This document shows, one piece after another, positions 7,708-17,862 of a DNA stretch of 64,000 nt. How positions within the stretch are numbered: position 1 is the stretch's first letter; each line of letters begins with the position of its first letter. The notes under the pieces were generated by a model. The model saw only the letters and a list, made by a program, of their open reading frames with translations. It was not told the DNA's origin and did not search any database. The stretch is from an uncultured Myxococcota bacterium (GTDB taxonomy: Bacteria; Desulfobacterota; Desulfobulbia; Desulfobulbales; Desulfocapsaceae). The position numbers and the translations under genes are program-made. The stretch covers positions 1,648-65,647 of the forward strand of contig CAXMTO010000242.1 of NCBI GenBank assembly GCA_964196355.1, given 5' to 3'.

Positions 7708-9840
7708 ATGGCTCAAAAAAACACACCCAGGAAGCCGGGACTGAAGCAGGAAGCTTTGGCCGTTTTCGGCATTTTCGTATCACTTTTTATAGTTCTCAGT
7801 CTTGTAACCAGCAGTCTCAAGCTGGAAAAGAACTGGTGTGGGGAAATCGGTCTGTTGATTGCCGGCGTCCTCTTTGGTTTTACCGGATGGGGAGCGTACC
7901 TGTTACCGGCCCTGGTACTGCTCCTCTCCTTTCTTTTCTTCAGTCCTCAGATGTCCTTTGAGCGTTTACCCCAGATTGCCGCGGGTCTGACTGGCGCGAT
8001 AATATCCTTTTGCGGGCTTCTTTCCTGTCTCGCAATAAAAGATCCTGCGCTGATTGATATGGGTGGATTTTTGGGGAGGACCGGATTTACACTCCTTAAT
8101 GCAGTGATGGGAGATGTGGGGACGATAATGGTATTTTTCCTGCTTTTCCTCATTGCCCTCATGCTTGCCGCGCAATTTTCTCCTTACAGGCTGCTTGCTT
8201 TCCTCTGGCGGACGATTAAAAGCACATCTCATTTTTTCAAAACCATTTTGCTTGGAGTGAAAGAGGGAAGAGCTGAAAGGGCTGAAAAGCGCGTTTCAAC
8301 CAGGAAAAAACCGTCCCGGCAGCCGATAGAACAGCCTGCTGCGTTGTCGCACGCCGTTCCTGTGGTGAAAGAATTTGTTTCCGTTGCAAAAAGGAGTGAC
8401 GAAGATGAGGAATTTGCCGCGAAACCCGTTGCTCGTGGTGACTGGAAATTGCCTCCGCTTTCCCTGCTGGGAAAAAATAATCAGGTGCACGATAAAATAG
8501 ATAAGGAAGTGTATTACAAGATTTCCAAGCAACTCGAGCAAAAGTTGCGAAATTTTGGTGTTTCAGGGAAAGTAGTGGGAATCTCCCCCGGGCCTGTCGT
8601 GACTACGTATGAGTATGCTCCCGCCCCTGGTGTGAAAATAAATAAGATTGTCGGCCTGGCCGATGATCTTGCCCTGGGACTGAAGGCAAAGTCTGTACGG
8701 GTGGTTGGCTCGGTCCCAGGGAAGGCAGCCTTGGGAGTGGAGATACCAAATGAAAATAGAAAAATTGTCTATATTCGGGATCTTATTGGATCCGACGACT
8801 ATAGAAAGAGTCATAATAAATTGTCCATCGCCCTTGGATTGGATGTAGTTGGAAATCTATCTATGGCTAACCTGGCAAAGATGCCTCATCTGCTGATAGC
8901 AGGGGCCACCGGAGCGGGTAAGAGTGTTGGAATAAATACAATTATCGCCTCCGTTTTATACAACGCCACTCCGGAAGAAGTTCGGTTTTTAATGGTAGAC
9001 CCAAAACGTATAGAACTCTCCGGGTATGAGGGGATACCTCATCTTCTGCACCCTGTAGTTGTTGATCCCAGGCTTGCATCAAGAGCGCTGAACTGGGCAG
9101 TGAGAGAAATGGAAAGGAGGTATAAACTGCTCGAAGAGAGCAAGGTGAAAAGCTTTGATTCCTATAATGAGAGTTCAGAAGAAAAATTGCCCTATATAGT
9201 AATAGTGGTTGATGAGCTTGCCGATTTGATGATGGTTGCCTCAAAAGATGTGGAAGCGGCTATTGCACGCTTGGCACAAATGGCAAGAGCCGCTGGAATG
9301 CATATGATACTGGCAACTCAGCGGCCATCAGTGGATGTGTTGACGGGGCTTATCAAGGCAAATTTTCCAACAAGAATTTCTTTTAAGGTTGCCTCCAAAA
9401 TCGATTCCAGGACCATCCTTGATAATTCTGGCGCAGAGCATCTGCTTGGAGCGGGAGATATGCTTTTTCTTGCCCCGGGGACGTCCACTTTGAAACGTAT
9501 CCATGGAGCATATATCTCTGAAAAGGAAACAACTGACATAGTAGAGTTCTGGAAAAAGCAGGGAAGTTCAACATATGATGACTCGGTTGTTGATGAAATT
9601 GAGCGGGAAGATGGCGGAGGCAATGCGGCCGGAGATGAGGAGTATGATGAGCGGTATGATGAGGCGGTGGCTATTGTGACCGAAGCTGGTCAGGCATCAA
9701 TTTCAATGGTCCAGCGCAGAATGAGAGTCGGCTACAACCGGGCGGCAAGAATGATAGAAAGAATGGAAATAGAAGGTGTCGTGGGCCCTGCAGATGGTGC
9801 TAAACCACGTGAAGTTATTGTGCGCGATAGCTATGTCTAA
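7708..9840 (+). CDS. ftsK: DNA translocase FtsK
   Basis: N-terminal TM segments, MPHLLIAGATGAGKS, MVDPKRIEL, YIVIVVDELADLMM, ATQRPSVDV, gamma domain SMVQRRMRVGYNRAAR. Confidence 0.96.
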   Translation: MAQKNTPRKPGLKQEALAVFGIFVSLFIVLSLVTSSLKLEKNWCGEIGLLIAGVLFGFTGWGAYLLPALVLLLSFLFFSPQMSFERLPQIAAGLTGAIISFCGLLSCLAIKDPALIDMGGFLGRTGFTLLNAVMGDVGTIMVFFLLFLIALMLAAQFSPYRLLAFLWRTIKSTSHFFKTILLGVKEGRAERAEKRVSTRKKPSRQPIEQPAALSHAVPVVKEFVSVAKRSDEDEEFAAKPVARGDWKLPPLSLLGKNNQVHDKIDKEVYYKISKQLEQKLRNFGVSGKVVGISPGPVVTTYEYAPAPGVKINKIVGLADDLALGLKAKSVRVVGSVPGKAALGVEIPNENRKIVYIRDLIGSDDYRKSHNKLSIALGLDVVGNLSMANLAKMPHLLIAGATGAGKSVGINTIIASVLYNATPEEVRFLMVDPKRIELSGYEGIPHLLHPVVVDPRLASRALNWAVREMERRYKLLEESKVKSFDSYNESSEEKLPYIVIVVDELADLMMVASKDVEAAIARLAQMARAAGMHMILATQRPSVDVLTGLIKANFPTRISFKVASKIDSRTILDNSGAEHLLGAGDMLFLAPGTSTLKRIHGAYISEKETTDIVEFWKKQGSSTYDDSVVDEIEREDGGGNAAGDEEYDERYDEAVAIVTEAGQASISMVQRRMRVGYNRAARMIERMEIEGVVGPADGAKPREVIVRDSYV

Positions 9841-9867
9841 TCTCGACATGTTCCTTTATGAATTCTC

Positions 9868-9896
9868 TTGACAATTATTCTACAACCATATATAAA
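9868..9896 (+). promoter_or_regulatory. sigma70 promoter of aprBA
   Basis: TTGACA-17 bp-TATAAA. Confidence 0.65.
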
Positions 9897-10113
9897 AAGC
9901 TCTCATAGAAAATGAGTAGCCATTCATTGTTGTACCTGCTGTGTTGTTAGGCATTGTGCATCAATAGGTGGTTTTTTGGGTTACCCGTTTGATTGCTTTT
10001 TAGTCTATCTGAGTGTAGTCAAATGTTTTTGTGGTAGTTTTAGAGGTCTAGAGTTTTAGTTGGCCCTGTTGGTCAGGGTCACAACAGTTAATACAAACTG
10101 AGGAGGTAGTTTA

Positions 10114-10530
10114 ATGCCAAGTTATGTGGATCCTTCCAAATGTGATGGCTGCAAAGGTGGAGACAAAACCGCGTGCATGTACATCTGTCCGAATGATCTG
10201 ATGGTTTTGAACGTCGAGACAATGCTGGCGTACAATCAGGAACCGGATGCATGTTGGGAGTGTTATTCCTGCGTTAAGATTTGCCCGCAGGACGCCATTC
10301 TTGTTCGTGGCTATGACGACTTTGTGCCAATGGGTGGTCAGGTTCACCCAATGAGGTCTTCTGATTCCATCATGTGGACTGTGAAATTTCGTAATGGAAA
10401 TGTGAAGCGATTCAAGTTTCCAATCCGCACCACTGCTGAAGGTGCTGCCAACGCTTATGGGGCCGAGAAAGGCGCTAATCTGGATGACGAGTGTCTGCTT
10501 CTGGAAGCGGATCTTCCTACCCCGAAATAA
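10114..10530 (+). CDS. aprB: Adenylylsulfate reductase beta subunit
   Basis: MPSYVDPSKCDGCKGGDKTACMYICPNDLM, CWECYSCVKICPQ, WTVKFRNG..KRFKFPIRTT. Confidence 0.97.
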   Translation: MPSYVDPSKCDGCKGGDKTACMYICPNDLMVLNVETMLAYNQEPDACWECYSCVKICPQDAILVRGYDDFVPMGGQVHPMRSSDSIMWTVKFRNGNVKRFKFPIRTTAEGAANAYGAEKGANLDDECLLLEADLPTPK

Positions 10531-10585
10531 GCTGAGTTAGAAGGTTTTAACTGAAAGAATCTTATTATTTTAAGGAGATTTAAAC

Positions 10586-12604
10586 ATGGCATTACCTAAT
10601 AAACCAAAAGGTGAGCTTAAAGCCGATGTGAACCCGGAAGTCGTCGAGCAGGATGTAGACGTACTTATTATCGGTGGCGGTATGGCTGCATGCGGAGCTG
10701 CTTTTGAGATCAAAAAATGGGCTCCGGAAGAACTGAAAATTGTACTCGTTGATAAGGCTTCACTCGAGCGTTCCGGTGCTGTTGCACAGGGCCTCTCTGC
10801 TATCAACACGTATATTGGTGAGAACCCAATTGAAGACTATGTAAAGATGGTACGTAACGACCTCATGGGCGTTGTCCGTGAAGATCTTATTTATGACTGC
10901 GGTCGTCACGTTGATGAGTCTGTAAAGCTGTTTGAAGAGTGGGGACTCCCGATCTGGAAGAAAGATGCTGACGGCGAGAACCTTGATGGTGCCAAACCTG
11001 CTCCAAGCCTGCGTGAAGGCGGGACTCCGGTACGTACCGGTAAGTGGCAGATTATGATCAACGGTGAATCCTACAAATGTATAGTAGCTGAGCCGGCACA
11101 GACGGCACTTGGTTCCGATAATGTTATTGAGCGTGTTTTTGTTGTTAAGCTTTTACTTGACAAGAATAAGGCAAATCAGATAGCTGGTGCTGTAGGTTTT
11201 TCCACACGTGAGAACAAAGTACATGTCTTCCGTTGCAAAACTGCTCTGGTAGCCTGTGGCGGTGCTGTTAATATCTTCCGTCCCCGTTCTACCGGTGAAG
11301 GTAAAGGACGTGCGTGGTATCCAGTATGGAATGCAGGTTCCACCTACACCATGTGTGCTCAGGTTGGTGCTACTTTGACCATGATGGAAAATCGTTTCAC
11401 CCCGGCCCGTTTTAAAGATGGTTACGGACCTGTTGGTGCCTGGTTCCTCCTGTTTAAAGCTAAAGTTGCTAATGGTCTCGGAGAGTTCTATGCAATGGGC
11501 GATGCAGCAGCAGAAGAGCTTAAACAGTTCATGCCTTACGGCGCATCTGCAGTTACCCCGACATGTCTGCGTAATCACCTGATGATTAAAGAACTGAGAG
11601 CGGGGCGCGGTCCTATCTATATGGCTACCGACGTTGCTCTGAACGCATTTATCGACGAGCGTCGTGATGCAGGAATGGATGAGAAGAAGCTGAAGAAGTT
11701 CTGGAAGCATCTCGAATCTGAAGCCTGGGAAGATTTTCTTGATATGTCTGTAGGTCAGGCTGGACTCTGGGCCGGTGCGAATATTGAACCTGAGAAGGTT
11801 GGTTCAGAAATTATGCCTACAGAACCCTACATGCTTGGATCCCATTCCGGTTGCTGTGGAATCTGGTGTTCCGGTCCCGAAGAGGACTGGGTACCCGATA
11901 TCCAGAATGATTCCCGCGCTCATAAGTATAAGTGGGGATACAACCGAATGACCACAGTTGATGGTCTCTTTACCGCGGGTGATGGTGTCGGAGCTTCCGG
12001 TCACAAGTTCTCTTCCGGTTCTCATGCTGAAGGCCGTATCTGTGCAAAGCAGATGGTAAAATTCTGTCGTGACAATGCTGATTTTACGCCTGAGCTCAAG
12101 CAGACTCCCCAGGAGCTTGCCGATGAGATTTATGCTCCCGTAAGACGCTACCATGAGTTTGTTGGTGCGTCTACTGCAGCGGATGTGAATCCTAACTACT
12201 GTAAACCTGCTGGCCTCATGATGCGTTTGATGAAGGCTACTGATGAGTATGGTGGTGGTGTTGCGACGTACTATATGACTTCAGGTAAGCTCCTCAATAT
12301 CTGCCTCGATCTTCTTCTTCTTCTTCGTGAAGATGCCGAGAAAATGGCAGCCGGTGATCTTCATGAGCTTCTCCGCTGCTGGGAGAACTATCACCGTATC
12401 TGGTGTGTTGAGACGCATATCCGTCACATTGAGTTCCGTAAAGAATCTCGTTATCCTGGATTCTACTACAGATCTGACTATCCAACCTGTGATGACGAAA
12501 ACTGGAAGTGCTTCGTCAACTCCACATTCGATCCCGAGTCTAAGGAATGGAAGTGTGAAAAGGTTGAGGTTGTCAACATTATTGAGACAGAGCCTTGGCT
12601 TTAA
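10586..12604 (+). CDS. aprA: Adenylylsulfate reductase alpha subunit
   Basis: GGGMAACG, ERSGAVAQGLSAINTY, GKWQIMINGES, RAWYPVWNAGS, SGHKFSSGSHAEG, ESRYPGFYYR. Confidence 0.98.
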   Translation: MALPNKPKGELKADVNPEVVEQDVDVLIIGGGMAACGAAFEIKKWAPEELKIVLVDKASLERSGAVAQGLSAINTYIGENPIEDYVKMVRNDLMGVVREDLIYDCGRHVDESVKLFEEWGLPIWKKDADGENLDGAKPAPSLREGGTPVRTGKWQIMINGESYKCIVAEPAQTALGSDNVIERVFVVKLLLDKNKANQIAGAVGFSTRENKVHVFRCKTALVACGGAVNIFRPRSTGEGKGRAWYPVWNAGSTYTMCAQVGATLTMMENRFTPARFKDGYGPVGAWFLLFKAKVANGLGEFYAMGDAAAEELKQFMPYGASAVTPTCLRNHLMIKELRAGRGPIYMATDVALNAFIDERRDAGMDEKKLKKFWKHLESEAWEDFLDMSVGQAGLWAGANIEPEKVGSEIMPTEPYMLGSHSGCCGIWCSGPEEDWVPDIQNDSRAHKYKWGYNRMTTVDGLFTAGDGVGASGHKFSSGSHAEGRICAKQMVKFCRDNADFTPELKQTPQELADEIYAPVRRYHEFVGASTAADVNPNYCKPAGLMMRLMKATDEYGGGVATYYMTSGKLLNICLDLLLLLREDAEKMAAGDLHELLRCWENYHRIWCVETHIRHIEFRKESRYPGFYYRSDYPTCDDENWKCFVNSTFDPESKEWKCEKVEVVNIIETEPWL

Positions 12605-12633
12605 TCTCAAGGAAGTTGTTGACATGATGTAGG

Positions 12634-12672
12634 AAAATCTCCAGGAGTCTCTTTGATTCCTGGAGATTTTTT
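12634..12672 (+). terminator. Rho-independent terminator after aprA
   Basis: AAAATCTCCAGGA...TCCTGGAGATTTTTT hairpin with T tract. Confidence 0.75.
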
Positions 12673-12877
12673 AGTATGGAGAGGTTATTTTAGCTTACAT
12701 TGATCAGAGGCGGGAAAAACTTTGGTCAATATAAGCTAAAATAGTTTTCGTTGGCTTCGCATATTGTGTATGATCAACTGGGTTCAATAGTTGATACCCT
12801 TTATCCTGGTCCAATCCAGGCAGTGGATAGGGGATGTCGATAGTACAATATATTAAGAGCAATTATGGAGGAAAGGT

Positions 12878-14137
12878 ATGACTGACGAGCATGGCACTTC
12901 TGGTGCAGTATTGGTCGTAGGCGGGGGCATCAGTGGTTTGACTGCTGCTTTAGAAGCCGCTGAAGTCGGGAATGATGTATTTCTGGTTGAAAAGGCTGCA
13001 TATTTTGGTGGGCGAGTGGCTCAGTTAAATGAGTATTTCCCAAAACTTTGCCCACCAAGCTGCGGACTCGAGATAAATTTCCGTCGTATTAAGGATAATC
13101 GCAGGATCAGGACATACACCATGACAACCGTTAAGTCGGTCTCTGGTGATCCCGGTAATTATGAGGTAACCCTTGAAAAAGCACCACGTTATGTGAACAG
13201 CAACTGCACGGCATGTGGTGACTGCAGTGATGCCTGTCCCGATGAGATTGACAATGAGTTCAATTTTGGCATGGATAAGTGTAAAGCCGCATATCTCCCT
13301 CACGAGATGGCATTCCCCAGGCGGTATGTTATTAATAAAGATGCGTTGAGTACATCTGGCGCCGAAGCTGTCAAGGCTGCATGTAAATACAATGCCGTTG
13401 ACCTGGAGATGCAGGTTGAAACTGTAACTGTAAACGTCGCCTCCATTGTCTGGTCTACCGGATGGGCACCATATGAGCCAACCAGGATGGACAATCTCAA
13501 GTTCGCCGATTCCGACGCGATTATCACTAATATGATGATGGAACGTATGGCCTCCCCAAACGGGCCTACAGGCGGATCAATCGTGAGACCGGGAGATGGC
13601 AAAGAGATTGAGTCTATTGCATTTGTGCAGTGCGCTGGATCCAGGGATGAAAATCACCTGGAATACTGTTCCCATATCTGCTGTATGGCTACCTTCAAGC
13701 AGATGACTTATGTACGAAAGCAGTATCCTGATGCACAGATTTATGTGTTTTATATCGATCTCAGAACTCCGGGTAAATACGAGAAATTCAGAGAAGTTCG
13801 GATGGCGGACGAAAAGGCGACCTTTATCAAAGGAAAAGTCGCCGACATGGTGGTTGAATCAGATGGTGGAGTGACTGTTATCGCTGAAAATTCCTTAACA
13901 GCTGAAAAAATTTCACAGAAAGTCGATGTGGCAGTCTTGGCCACCGGCATGCAGCCATCTCTTGATATACAGGGAGCTCCTGTAGCTCTGGATCTGGATA
14001 GCAGCGGCTTTGTTATTACAAATATTGACAAGGCAATGATCGCAGCAGGGTGTGCCAAGAAAGCTGCGGACGTTGTTACCACTACTCAATCATCAACTGC
14101 AGCTGCCCTTAAGGCAATTCAGGTTTCCAGGAGGTAA
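12878..14137 (+). CDS. qmoA: QmoA (HdrA-like flavoprotein)
   Basis: VVGGGISGLTAALEAAEVG, YFPKLCPPSCGLEIN, VQCAGSRDENHL.YCS.ICC; follows aprA. Confidence 0.93.
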   Translation: MTDEHGTSGAVLVVGGGISGLTAALEAAEVGNDVFLVEKAAYFGGRVAQLNEYFPKLCPPSCGLEINFRRIKDNRRIRTYTMTTVKSVSGDPGNYEVTLEKAPRYVNSNCTACGDCSDACPDEIDNEFNFGMDKCKAAYLPHEMAFPRRYVINKDALSTSGAEAVKAACKYNAVDLEMQVETVTVNVASIVWSTGWAPYEPTRMDNLKFADSDAIITNMMMERMASPNGPTGGSIVRPGDGKEIESIAFVQCAGSRDENHLEYCSHICCMATFKQMTYVRKQYPDAQIYVFYIDLRTPGKYEKFREVRMADEKATFIKGKVADMVVESDGGVTVIAENSLTAEKISQKVDVAVLATGMQPSLDIQGAPVALDLDSSGFVITNIDKAMIAAGCAKKAADVVTTTQSSTAAALKAIQVSRR

Positions 14138-14143
14138 TTATTA

Positions 14144-16405
14144 ATGGATAAGACATATTGCTCATATATATGCTCTGGTTGTGGCATCGGTGACGCGCTC
14201 GATATGGAAGCGCTTGCCGGCGTAGTGACCGATGAGATGTCCATGGAGTGCAAAAGTCATGAATGCCTCTGTGGTGCCGAGGGCCGCGCCCTCATCGAAA
14301 ACGATGTTGCAGAAGGTATCAACACAGTCGTAATAGGAGCATGTTCTCCGAGAGTTATGGCCAGAGAATTTGACTTCGGTGATGATAAAATTACAGTTCG
14401 CGCTAATCTGCGCGAACAGGTTGTCTGGGCAGAGATTAAACCTGCAGAGGGTGAGGAGCCTGATGCTGAGGCGGCCGAATATTTACAGGAGACCGCATCT
14501 GATTATATGAGGATGGCTTGCACCCGTGCGCAGAAGACAGAACTCCCTGACCCCTACCAGCTTGAAGTTTTACATAAAACCATACTGGTAATGGGTGGAG
14601 GGCTGGCTGGTCTTACTGCAGCAAAAGAGGCGGCTGCTGCAGGGTATGATGTGACACTTGTTGAAAAAGAGGCTGAGCTTGGAGGCAAGGCAAGTGGCTG
14701 GCGCAGCTCCTTTCCTACCAAGGCTCCCTGGACCGACCTGGAAGAAAATCCCATAGATGCACTGATTGCCGAAGTTACAGGCAATGAAAAAATTACAGTG
14801 AAAACCGAAACGGAAGTGGCGCGAATAGCAGGTGCCCCGGGTGACTTCGGTGTCAGTTTTAAAGCTGCAGGCAGCAGTACAGAGTGGGATGCTCCTGACA
14901 AGGTAACTCCGGAAGAGAAGGACCTGATTGATAAAGGGGAGATGGAAGACCCGAATGCGGAATTACAGGCATATGTAGAGATTGATCCAAATGCTGTAAA
15001 GGTTGGATCAGTTGTGCTTGCAACCGGATGGAAACCTGCTGATGTATCGCAGTATGAACATCTCGGATATGGGACTCTTAAAAATGTAGTTACCAATGCC
15101 GAGTTTGAGAAGCTTGCCAAAGAGGGTAAAGTTCCTGCAAATGTTGCCTTTGTGCAAAGTCCGGGCGGCAATGAAAGTGACACTGACTTCCCGTACTGTA
15201 ACTCTGTAACTTCGATGGTTGCTCTTAAGCAGGCTCAGTATGTTTGCGAAGATAACGCAGAAGGGAAGGCATATATCCTCTATCAGCATATGAGAACTCC
15301 TGGTCATATGGAGCTCTTTTACAAGAACGCTCAGCTCAATGATGGCATTTTCATGACCAAAGCATCCGTTATGAAAGTGGAGGAGAATGGAGACAAGCTC
15401 AGCGTAGCAGCTGCTGATACATTGCTCGGCGAGGATATTACTGTGGACGTTGATATGGTAGTCCTCGCTGCCGGCATGGTGCCTGTGACTCTTGATGAGT
15501 ATTCCATTAATCTTGCTTATCGTCAGGGTCCTGCATTTTCTGATCTTGAACTTTTTGATGGGTATGCCGATTCTCATTTTATCTGTTTCCCTTATGAAAC
15601 CAGACGTACCGGGGTTTATACCTGTGGCGGTGTAAGGAAAGCTGAAACCATGGAAGAGGCAGTGGATGATGCAACCGGCGCAGCCCTGAAGGCCATACAG
15701 TGTATTGAATCTGTTGACCGTGGGGTCTCGGTTCATCCAAGGTCCGGCGATGCAACCTATCCCGATTTTTTCATGCAGAGATGCACGCAGTGTAAACGCT
15801 GTACCGAGGAGTGTCCTTTCGGTGCTCTAGATGATGATGATAAGGGGACGCCGCTTACCAACCCTACCCGTTGTCGCCGTTGTGGTACCTGCATGGGGTC
15901 ATGCCCTGAAAGAATCATAGGCTTTAAGGACTACAACATTGACCTTATTGGATCTATGATCAAATCGGTCGAGGTTCCGGAGGATGACGATGATCGTTTG
16001 AGAATTATCGTTTTTGTGTGTGAAAATGATGCGTATCCGGCCCTGGATATGGCAGGTATGAGGAGAAACGGGCTCAACCATATGATCCGCTTTATACCGG
16101 TGCGATGTCTGGGTTCTGTTAATATGGCATGGATTCGTGATGCGCTTGCCGCTGGAATGGATGGTGCGATGCTGTTGGGGTGCTCCCATGGCGATGATTA
16201 TCAGTGCCATTTTGTGAAGGGGTCAGAAATCGCAGAAAAACGGATGGAAAATATTGGTGATACACTGTCCACCCTCGGCCTTGAGCCAGAGCGGTGTGCA
16301 GCTGAGCAGGTGGCTATCACTGATTACGACAAGATTCCGCAGCTTCTCAATGATTTTGTAGAAGAAATTGTTGAAATGGGACCAAATCCATTCAAAGGTT
16401 TCTAG
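14144..16405 (+). CDS. qmoB: QmoB (HdrA-like FAD/Fe-S domains plus MvhD-like domain)
   Basis: YICSGCGIG, GACSPRV, CTQCKRCTEECPFG, CRRCGTCMGSCPER, CENDAYPALD, VRCLGSVN, GPNPFKGF. Confidence 0.94.
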   Translation: MDKTYCSYICSGCGIGDALDMEALAGVVTDEMSMECKSHECLCGAEGRALIENDVAEGINTVVIGACSPRVMAREFDFGDDKITVRANLREQVVWAEIKPAEGEEPDAEAAEYLQETASDYMRMACTRAQKTELPDPYQLEVLHKTILVMGGGLAGLTAAKEAAAAGYDVTLVEKEAELGGKASGWRSSFPTKAPWTDLEENPIDALIAEVTGNEKITVKTETEVARIAGAPGDFGVSFKAAGSSTEWDAPDKVTPEEKDLIDKGEMEDPNAELQAYVEIDPNAVKVGSVVLATGWKPADVSQYEHLGYGTLKNVVTNAEFEKLAKEGKVPANVAFVQSPGGNESDTDFPYCNSVTSMVALKQAQYVCEDNAEGKAYILYQHMRTPGHMELFYKNAQLNDGIFMTKASVMKVEENGDKLSVAAADTLLGEDITVDVDMVVLAAGMVPVTLDEYSINLAYRQGPAFSDLELFDGYADSHFICFPYETRRTGVYTCGGVRKAETMEEAVDDATGAALKAIQCIESVDRGVSVHPRSGDATYPDFFMQRCTQCKRCTEECPFGALDDDDKGTPLTNPTRCRRCGTCMGSCPERIIGFKDYNIDLIGSMIKSVEVPEDDDDRLRIIVFVCENDAYPALDMAGMRRNGLNHMIRFIPVRCLGSVNMAWIRDALAAGMDGAMLLGCSHGDDYQCHFVKGSEIAEKRMENIGDTLSTLGLEPERCAAEQVAITDYDKIPQLLNDFVEEIVEMGPNPFKGF

Positions 16406-16511
16406 TCTGTTTTTTATCATGACGCTGCTGCGCTGCAGCAGCGTCCAATGCCACGGGTTGTGGCAATGGTGGAAATGAATTGAATTTTGATATTATAGCA
16501 GGAGGGAGACT

Positions 16512-17699
16512 ATGAATGTTCAACCGGATTTAGAATTTATTAAATCTCTAAAAGAAGCTGGAGGCGATACACTCAAGAAGTGTTATCAGTGTGCGGCATG
16601 TTCTGTTACGTGTCCACTGTCAAAAGATGGTAAGCCTTTCCCCCGTAAGGAGATGATATGGTCTCAATGGGGGCTCAAGGATAAGCTTGTCACTGACCCC
16701 GATGTGTTTCTCTGCCATCAATGTGGAGATTGTACTGAAAAATGTCCAAGAGGTGCAAAGCCTGGTGATGTGCTTAGCGCTATTCGGGCTTATGCATACA
16801 CTTTTTATGGCTGGCCCGCACCGCTTGCAAAACTCGCTTCAAGTGCTAAAGGACTGCCTATGCTAATAGGTATTCCGGTAGTTATTATCTTGTTCATGTG
16901 GATGCTTTCAGGGGCGGTACATATTCCAAGCCAGGAGGAATTCGGTCACTATGGCTACCAGCGTTTCTTTGGAACCTGGGATTTCTATTGGTACGCGAAA
17001 AATATATTTTTCATTGTCCTTATCATGGTCCCTTCGCTGGGGTTGGGCTTATTTTCCGCTTTTAAAGGGATAACCAAGATGTGGAAAAGCATGTCTGAGA
17101 ATGCCGGAGTTAATCCAGATTATCGGCCATCGGCGATTCAGTTTATAAAAGAATTCCTCTGGCCGTCTCTTGTCGAAATTGTAAAGCATAACCGCTTCAG
17201 GGAGTGCACCGTAAATATCGACAGAGTACGGGGACACCTTCCTTTAATGCTCGCTTTTATCGGCCTGTTTATTGTGACCACCTGGTCTCTAATCAAAAAT
17301 GACGTACTTGGTTTGGTCTGGCCGTCATTGCATGGTCCAATGTCACTTGCCGATCCTTTCAAGATTCTGGCAAATGTATCTGCGATTGCTCTTTTATTCG
17401 GTATTGTCGTGCTGTGGAGCAACAGAAAGAAGGCAGAGCAGGAACTCGATACTCAAACAACTTTTTACGACTGGTTCCTTATCTGGGAGATCACCGCGGT
17501 TGGTGTGACCGGTTTAGGTGCGGAACTGCTGAGATGGGCGGGCGCTCCTACTGTAGGATATCTCGTGTATTTCCTGCATCTCGTTTCAATTATGATGCTG
17601 TTTCTCTATTTGCCGTATACAAAGTTTGCGCATCTGATTTACAGGACCACGGCGTATACCTTTGAAAAATACCGTGAAAGTGCATTTTCTCAAAAATAA
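16512..17699 (+). CDS. qmoC: QmoC (Fe-S plus membrane heme b subunit)
   Basis: CYQCAACSVTCP, CHQCGDCTEKCP, multiple TM helices, YLPYTKFAHLIYRT. Confidence 0.93.
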   Translation: MNVQPDLEFIKSLKEAGGDTLKKCYQCAACSVTCPLSKDGKPFPRKEMIWSQWGLKDKLVTDPDVFLCHQCGDCTEKCPRGAKPGDVLSAIRAYAYTFYGWPAPLAKLASSAKGLPMLIGIPVVIILFMWMLSGAVHIPSQEEFGHYGYQRFFGTWDFYWYAKNIFFIVLIMVPSLGLGLFSAFKGITKMWKSMSENAGVNPDYRPSAIQFIKEFLWPSLVEIVKHNRFRECTVNIDRVRGHLPLMLAFIGLFIVTTWSLIKNDVLGLVWPSLHGPMSLADPFKILANVSAIALLFGIVVLWSNRKKAEQELDTQTTFYDWFLIWEITAVGVTGLGAELLRWAGAPTVGYLVYFLHLVSIMMLFLYLPYTKFAHLIYRTTAYTFEKYRESAFSQK

Positions 17700-17724
17700 C
17701 ACTTTTTCGCTTTTCTATTGAAGT

Positions 17725-17760
17725 AAGGGCTGAGTCATGCTGAGACTTGGCCCTTTTTTT
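17725..17760 (+). terminator. Terminator after qmoC
   Basis: AAGGGCTGAGTC-loop-GACTTGGCCCTTTTTTT. Confidence 0.75.
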
Positions 17761-17819
17761 GCCTGCACAACTCAGCTTGAAAGAGAGGCAAGAAAAATGA
17801 ATAAATATGAAAATATATA

Positions 17820-17848
17820 TTGAATTAAGATTTTGGAATGAGTATATT
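17820..17848 (+). promoter_or_regulatory. Probable promoter of the tRNA-tuf operon
   Basis: TTGAAT-17 bp-TATATT with AT-rich UP-like region, 14 bp before tRNA-Thr. Confidence 0.5.
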
Positions 17849-17862
17849 CTTCCACCCTGTAT

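Noticed and set aside
7501-7961. ORFs 7560-7961 (+) and 7501-7716 (-), and similarly 43627-43812 (-)
   Set aside because: They start within or span the family B MITE or overlap ftsK out of frame; no recognisable protein features.
9855-9874. Possible Rex box TTATGAA-TTCTC-TTGACAA over the aprBA -35
   Set aside because: Spacer is 5 bp rather than the 4 bp of TTGTGAA-N4-TTCACAA, and the right arm is explained by the -35 hexamer.
12310-12325. (CTT)5 run in aprA as a phase-variable tract
   Set aside because: In-frame trinucleotide run coding for Leu residues in a helix; slippage would not shift the frame.
14554-15736. Long antisense ORFs opposite qmoB (and those opposite tuf, rpoBC, rseP, rplR-rpsE)
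   Set aside because: Shadow ORFs of conserved sense genes; no SD sequences or motifs.
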